DNA of 59,801 nucleotides, counting the filler, from Platydemus manokwari (Eukaryota), in the NCBI GenBank assembly GCA_037951405.1. It is 4 parts of 4 records of this genome, joined end to end, with 100 filler letters (N's around TTAATTAATTAA, not from the genome) between each part and the next. Parts side by side here need not be neighbours in the genome. Positions count along the whole stretch, not along the records: positions 41,622 to 59,801 come from JBBMOY010544440.1; 3 more parts are not named here. One strand, written 5' to 3'. The position numbers and the translations under genes were made by a program. Under the pieces are notes generated by a model. That model did no database searches. It saw nothing but the letters and a program-made list of their open reading frames with translations, and was not told the origin of the DNA. Below are positions 52,675 through 59,801 of the stretch, piece after piece. Position 1 is the stretch's first letter; every line of letters begins with the position of its first letter.

Positions 52675-55499
52675 GTCTAGATTTTATAAAAAGGTCTATT
52701 TGATAAAAAGTAACTTCAAAAATTATGTTCATAGTGGTTAGGATTTGTTGTGAGTATTGTGTGAAAAGGATTTTGTTTAGATACTTCTTTTGAATTAAGT
52801 GTTAAGTGATGAGAACATACTTATACTCAGTAGGTCCTGCTGATCAGAAACAGATTAAACCGAATCTCAACGTCTTGCTTCTTATCAAGTCTGAATTTGA
52901 AAGTTCTTCAATAATGTATTTGATGTGAACTCTAAAATTGCCTTTCTATTTTAATAAATAAATTGTTAATACTGGTTTAGGAACATATTCTCAGTTTTGT
53001 GATGGAGATTGTAGATTTTTATGCAGTATCTATGATGACGTGACGATTACATAAGTTATAAAAACAAATAAATATTAGAAAGGTTATAATTTACTTTAGA
53101 ATTGTTGAGCCTCGAACAATCGAACACCAAATCTCAACTTTTTATATATTTTAAAAGCTTTCAACAGAAAACCATATTTATCGTCTAAAAGTTGCAGTTC
53201 AATTAACTGTAGTTTTACAGATAATAAATAAATATATAATTGCTAATATATGGAATAATATATTTATTCATCTAGTTATTAAGTGTTTTGAAATAGTTTC
53301 CAGATTGTCGCTTGTTTTATTATTTTTATGAAAGTAAAAATATATTTATAGAATTATGAATAATATTTCAAAATTGAATATTAATATTAATTCATTTGAT
53401 ATAATTGATTGTTACCGTGATACCTTGGACCTTGGGAACATTATCATTTCAAAAACTTTTATTTTTGAATTGCAAAATATTAACGTCATGCACTGGTCAA
53501 CAAAGACTTTGTCCCTTAAATTAAAATGGGTTATTCTCTTGTATGGTTTTCTCGCACAGTTCAGATCTGGTTTAAGATTTATTTTCCCATCATTGAGGGT
53601 TTTTTTCAAGACGGGCAGTTGAAGTTTGTGTATTTTGTTACTTTTCGAGTTCTTTTTATTTTATTGTCATAATAATATTCAAAATTCGATTGGATCAACA
53701 TAAATAAATGAACATAATCTATTTTGCTATTATTTTTTCTCTTCAAATAGATAATCAAAATTTCTAAATACGTCCAAAAAATACGCTTATTTAGCTTTAT
53801 CCAACTTAACTGTTTATTTTTTGACTGGTCTATTTTTATTGTTAGGTCAACTTGAATAACATTATTATGTATTATTTTTTGAATAATAAATGAACTAAAA
53901 TGTTTGTTTCAAATTTTTATTTAACAATTACTTAGTTGATACCTAAAACAACCCAATTGATAATATGATTTATAATTACTTGTTTACTGATATCATTTAG
54001 CTCCCATTATCATTTTTATGGAATTACTCGAGTTAATTAAACAATTATAGTTACTAATTATTCCGTATTAGTAAATTTATAAGTTGGAAACGAAAAATAT
54101 TATTTAGTTTGACAGCAAACATGTTGGTGAAATTCATTGTGAACTGTTTCGTTATAAAACAAATTAAATTCAAATTTATAAAAATCAATCTATTGGAATT
54201 TGAATTATTTGATAAATTTCAATAATTCAGTTAATAATCGTCATTTTGAAATTGGTGATAAATCATGAATTCATCAAGATGTTCAATGGAAAATGACGGC
54301 CATTCGACAACAATGAGAATTATCTATTTTCCCGAACAAGTTAATCAGCAAAATATATTAAATGAATGTCGTCGAAGTCAATGTCCATCATCCGTATCTT
54401 GTTTGCCATGCAACGGTTGTTTAAGCTCGAATGCTAAATTAGCAACTTGCAGGAATGGTTAATTTCATACTTCAATTAAATCATTAGAAATTGTAGATTC
54501 TGATAAAATTCTCAAAGAATAAAATTTGTAAATGCAATGTTTTTGATTATCAATTTCAATTGTTGTGTTTTTCACAACAATATATTGAAATGAACTCAAA
54601 AATTATTTTAATTTAAGTTTTAAGAATTTAATTTTAAAAACATAATTTAAACTACTTGATAATGGATTTTAAATAAAGAAAATATTTATTTTAATTAGAA
54701 TGAATTTTCTCAAAATTTCAAAACGGACTTATTCTGGTACAAACCAGTAAGTAGATAAAAATGAGTTTTAACGGATTAAGTCTACTACGGATAGATATTA
54801 GAATCAACAAGAAATTGGCATATCCTGTCAATTTTAAAGATAGTTGATCATACTATTATCATTAACAATTATAAATTCAATTCAAACGAAACAAATTATT
54901 ATTGATTAATTTCAATTTCTAAAATAGAGTTGCGCAATTGGTTTAAGACAGATATATACAGATATAGTCAAAATAATGCTTGACTGTAGAACATAAATCA
55001 GAATGAAAGATAGTGATAATAATATAGAAATGTTTAATTATAGCTTTCGTTCATCTTGTTTGGTCAACGAGCGCTCTAAGCCCAGATGTTGTCCGGTTTG
55101 ACTACATAAAATCCAAAGGGTTGAGCAGCAGTACCCGTTTGATTTTAGCCTTCGGGTATTAGAGGAGGCTGATCTTTCACTCGTAGTAAAATCATAAGAT
55201 TTTCCATCCAGGATATTATGCACCGAAAATATGTACAAGAACCACATAGTTAATTATCAAGATCTCACCGGGGAAAGGTATTAAAGATAAGGCATAGGTC
55301 CTCACAGTAGGTTAATATCCTCATAGACATTTCAGAAAAATAGTGATATTAATAAATAGAACTAAAACAATCATCTATTTAAACAAATTAAAAAAACTAA
55401 TATTTATTTCGCGATGGTACGAGACCTTACGTTGGATTTTCGACATTCTAACACTGTATTTACATTTTATGTTCTTTGAAGAATATATATAATGAATAG

Positions 55500-56380
55500 T
55501 GCCTCAGGAACTTTTTAACAGGTACATGATGGTACTGCAGGCGAATATTTTTGGATTTTCTGATTATGATAATGATAAGTGAGGAAGAGTTGATATGGAA
55601 GGAAAAAGTGATGATTCTTTAAACAAGATTGTCGTGCGCATTATCTCAAGTTGGCATTGACATTGGCAGATTACTGTTGCTTGGTTTTTGACTGAGTTGC
55701 TCTTTGAATTTTCACGAGGTGCTCTGGATTGGTTGGACAAAACGAAATTGTTATAGGCTAACCGTAGTTTTTAGAGTAAGAGTAGTTTCATTGGCATTAT
55801 TATGATATTATCGTGTTGGTTGTGATCTGAATCAGGTTTAATAGAAGACCATTTTGTTGTTGTCGAATTTGCAGATCATCAGAGATGAGTCCGACTTATT
55901 GTCCAGTTTGGAATTGAACTACTTCTTGTATTCATATTGGAAAATTAACTGGCTGGATAGTATATAATAAAATTGGCTTTGATGACTTTTTCCCTATGTA
56001 GCAGGAGTTCCATTCCGTATGAAGAGAAGATAAAATGTTTGTCATCGAATAAGCAGATCGCACATGTTACTGCCTGATTTCAAATCGGAGCTGAACTTTG
56101 AGCTTCTACGGGGAATACTGGCTGGTTAGATAGTACAAAACTTTGTAAAACAATATGTGTTCGAACTGCATGATCAAATTGGTCTTTAGTTTATTGAAGG
56201 AAGTTGCTGAGTTATGTGAGAGGTATTCTGTGAACCAGTGATTGATTGGTCAGTGAGAAGAGTACTGGGCCCAATTGTCATGTTTCACATTGGAGCTGTT
56301 GTCCGACAGGAGCTAGGTGAAGTTCAAATTGTCACCATCGAATACGAAGATATTGTGATTCTGGTAATGATGTTATCATT
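55500..56380 (-). mobile_element. Decayed gag-like retroelement relic
   Basis: GC-richer block. FVFDGDNL...HWFTEYLSHNSATSFNKLKTNLIMQFE resembles the Gypsy capsid pattern (F.G...WF...T.F..LK..L...F). Many stops. Confidence 0.35.
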
Positions 56381-58220
56381 GTTGGTGATGTGATATGAAT
56401 TCAGATGACCTTATTTTTAACAATTTTAATTGCCGGAATGTCATTGGAATAACATCATTGATTATATAAAAATGCACGATTCAATGATCATGTTAATGAA
56501 CTGAAATTGCCATTTTCAATATCACAACACTCAATTAGAATAGAAAATAAAAGCAATTTACAAAACACGTTTTGATAGCTCTTAAACTTTGATAAAAAAA
56601 ATCAAAAAATTTATTATTGCTATAATTTTCTGTAGATATCTTGCATGTATTAATTTAAAAGTTTGCGTTATCAAACCGTATTGAATGAATGAGTAAATAA
56701 AGAGCTCAACTAATTCATATAATTTTACTTTAACCTTCAATTCCGTAAAAATTTATGATCTAATAGTAAATAAATAACCAAGAAAATAATTTTCTCAACT
56801 CTAATAATGATTAACTTAATGGTAGATTATTTCCCAGTTAATATTTCTGCTGAAATTTCGCAATAACAAATAAACTGTGAAGTTTCTATTTTTAGATTTT
56901 TCTTATCATCAAAATGAAAAACAATTAGCTCTAATTAAGGATTTGTTTATATTGTCTGCAAAAAAACGCAATGACAAAATGCAGTGTTAATGATTACATT
57001 AGAAAGCTAATTGTCTTGACAAGTTAAATTATTCGCAAATAATCTGTTATTAATTGGATAATTTTAAACAAAACTAAAATTAGTAGTTGCTATTAGGTAC
57101 AATATATAAAACATGATTTAAGTGTAATCTAGACAGGCAATGGTTTCTCTAGGTCAATAATTTCTACCACAGGCAAAGAATGATTTTTGATTTTTGAAAT
57201 AAATTTCAATTTAAAATCTAAAAACGATTCATTACAAGCTATTCAAGAGGTTGTTGAAAACAACTGATTGGGAAAATTAAATTTTTGTCTGCCTTTTGTT
57301 ATAGAGAAATTAATGTTTCTAATCAATTTAGTTTTCTATATCAGAGATTTTTTTTCAATTTTTCTGTTATTGAAACATTTGTTTTTGCCGAAACAGGTGA
57401 AATTTTCCTTGATATAAGTAGACATGAATCCATTTAACAAGTGCCACTCAAAAATGTGAATTAGATTTTAAATTATAATTTTGGACTTTTATTTAGAATT
57501 TTATTATATTTTGATTTTGAAAATCAATTGATTATTTTGTATTTTTCGATTAAAATTTTTATTAAACAAAATTGGTTGTGTGGCGGGTGATTTTATAAAT
57601 TTTACTGGTTCTAGGGTATGATGACCAAGCTGCTGGAAAATGATTTGATTTTAAATTAATAAGTAAGCACAGAGGAACTGAGTTGTTCTGGGCCTGAAAT
57701 ATAATGAGGCGGTTATGAAAACCTGCTTTAATAAACTACGTATGGCATAACAAATGGCTTATTTAAATGTTTAACAAAATCAACTTTGGTTACGATATAT
57801 TAATAATGGTTTCGTTAGTTTATAGAGTGGTTACTGAAAACAAAATGCAAATATGAATTTTCAAAATGTTTATTAAAGAACAACAAAAATATTAGTTCAA
57901 TATCCCGTACCTCGCCTCAGCGATTAACAAGGAAATCAGTGTAACGGACGAAGATATTTAGTTACAAAAGCAGAAGAATTAGTTATCGACAGTGAATAAA
58001 TGATTAACAATTTAACGATTAAGTTATTATACCATAAGTGATTATCAATTTAATTATTAAGTAATAAATGTAAGCTTTAAATGTAATGAATGAAAAACTT
58101 TACTGCAAGGAATAAAACCCTTACTGTGTTTCTTGAATTCCCAAAAAAATCAATCAGTTGATCCCGCAAATGTTGATATTATTCTTGACAAATTCCAACA
58201 ATAGAACCAAAAATGAGGCT

Positions 58221-58748
58221 TGTAGATTATTCACAAAGGCTGATTTCTTTCTGCTATCTTCGTCCGTTGAAAATCAATATGTATCTTCTAAAAGTTGGAT
58301 TTATTTTTCGCTGTAGTGAATTGTGGCTGTTCACCGATGACCAGCGCTGTTATTTATAGTCGGCTGATCGTGCTTATTTTTCTCACATAAATAAACCGGT
58401 GATTTCTCACATAATTCTAGTTAATTTATTTCAATGGATTATTTTCTCATGGTCCATTCCGCACATTTAATCTATTGAATTGACTATTTTGTTTTTCTCA
58501 CGATTTCTTTATTTCATCGTCCACTTTTCACATGCTTATTTTTAATTAACCTAATTTATTTTATTTTGCACTTTTATATTTTTTATTATTCTTTATTTAC
58601 TTATTTTATTCGCTTTTTAATTTCGTTTTTACACTATTTTATGTTATTATTAATATTGTCATTATTAATATTATCATTAATTCGTTCTGTCGATACTATC
58701 CTCCACCTCTGCCTATCTCGTCCGTATGTACAATCTTATAAAATTACA
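58221..58748 (-). mobile_element. Possible solo LTR
   Basis: Ends TGTAA...CTACA on the minus strand, with internal TATAAATA (~58358-58351) followed by AATAAA (~58305-58300). No matching TSD found. Confidence 0.3.
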
Positions 58749-58885
58749 CAATAAAAATTGTTTAATAAAATAATAAAAAATGATTCACAACGGTAATAAT
58801 TACACCACCAATTATTTATTGTTAAAGCTATTAAAAGCAATTCAATAATATCAAGAAACAGTTGATAGCACGAATCAGTTTTGAT

Positions 58886-59091
58886 GAAGCAATAATGTTA
58901 GATTGTTCTCTTCGGAAGCAATAATGCTGGATTGTTCTACTCGAGCGTTCTTCTGATCAGTCTATAATCAGGGTCAGTCTATAATCAAGTGTCCTATAAT
59001 GTTATGTATGCTATGGTTGGGCTTAAAATGTATATGTACAGTAATCAGGTTATGTGTTATATGTGCTATGGTTATGTACAGTAATCAGGTT
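58886..59091. repeat. Cluster of short paired direct repeats
   Basis: GAAGCAATAATG(T/C)T(A/G)GATTGTTCT x2 (58886, 58915); TCAGTCTATAATCA x2 (58957, 58974); TATGTACAGTAATCAGGTT x2 (59033, 59073). Confidence 0.8.
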
Positions 59092-59744
59092 GTATTGTAC
59101 TATTTTACATGTTGTGTAATGTTGTGGGGGGTTGCACCCAACATTTTTTTGAAAACTTTGTTTTCAAATTTATGATAAAAGCGACTTCTTTCAACAAATG
59201 AATCAGTTAAATCAATTGTCGGTCTGTTTCTAGCATTAAGTCATTCTTGGTGCAGATGACATCGAGGTGAATTTCGAATCTAGCTTTCCTGCAGGCTTTT
59301 TTGGTAATGGTTGGTAAGTCCGTTGGATTTATGTAATAGCTGTTTAAGAGGGCTCACTCTACTAATATTTTAAAATTAAAATAATGGCAATTGTAGTCTT
59401 TCAATAGAATATATCGATCTTCAATTGTTGTATTTCTCATATTCATATCTATAATAATAGAATTCAAATTACGATTTAATCTCTATCAAGAGTCAGATAT
59501 TGGTGATACAGCTATATATCCAGTTTTTGAGAACAATACTAAGTTATTATACAAATCACCAACATTCGTATTTAATTTGAATCACTCACATTCACCAATT
59601 TGTATCCATAAATTCCCTTCTTTTTCATGTTAAGTTGATGTGAGACTTTCAAGCTGTTATGTGAATTTATCACTTATTTAACATTATATTTTCTCTTGGA
59701 TTTTTATTTGCTTCGTCTTCTTCTGATTATTATTAGTAGTATCA

Positions 59745-59757
59745 TTATTTGTATCAT

Positions 59758-59792
<35 letters not shown>

Positions 59793-59801
59793 TAATAATA
59801 A
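59745..59801. repeat. (AAT)n microsatellite at window end
   Basis: Directly visible. Confidence 0.95.

Noticed and set aside
54401-54414. RFX X-box-like GTTTGCCATGCAAC
   Set aside because: Imperfect match and not adjacent to a demonstrated ciliary gene promoter.
57618-57698. Box C/D snoRNA (ATGATGA ... CTGA)
   Set aside because: No convincing terminal stem and no verifiable rRNA guide next to a D or D' box.

Overview
This is AT-rich eukaryotic genomic DNA with very short (45-65 nt) GT-AG introns. It is an invertebrate animal, and a flatworm such as a planarian is plausible (inference only). The window is a concatenation of at least four contigs joined by artificial 100-nt N44-TTAATTAATTAA-N44 spacers, plus one plain N gap. 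Genes reconstructed by hand: (1) two minus-strand exons encoding one Ig domain of a Kirre/NEPH-like adhesion protein (5618-5982, absent from the ORF track); (2) a complete 10-exon MTR4/SKIV2L2 exosome helicase (17434-21922, +, 1018 aa) with an apparently altered adaptor-binding KOW surface and an extended C-terminus; (3) a shredded pseudogene of the RNA polymerase I largest subunit (about 22400-23220, -); (4) the 3' part of an ODAD1/CCDC114-CCDC63 outer dynein arm docking gene (32537-35437 and beyond, +); (5) a complete 4-exon PDIA1/P4HB gene (43082-44790, -, 502 aa, ends KEEL) with a perfect UPRE in its third intron; (6) a candidate 101-aa orphan gene (51437-51742, -). The rest is heavily decayed Ty3/Gypsy, LINE and piggyBac relics, one clean hAT MITE, minisatellites and (AAT)n tracts. 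No rRNA, tRNA or CRISPR array was recognised. All alignments were made by eye against remembered family motifs; no searches were run.
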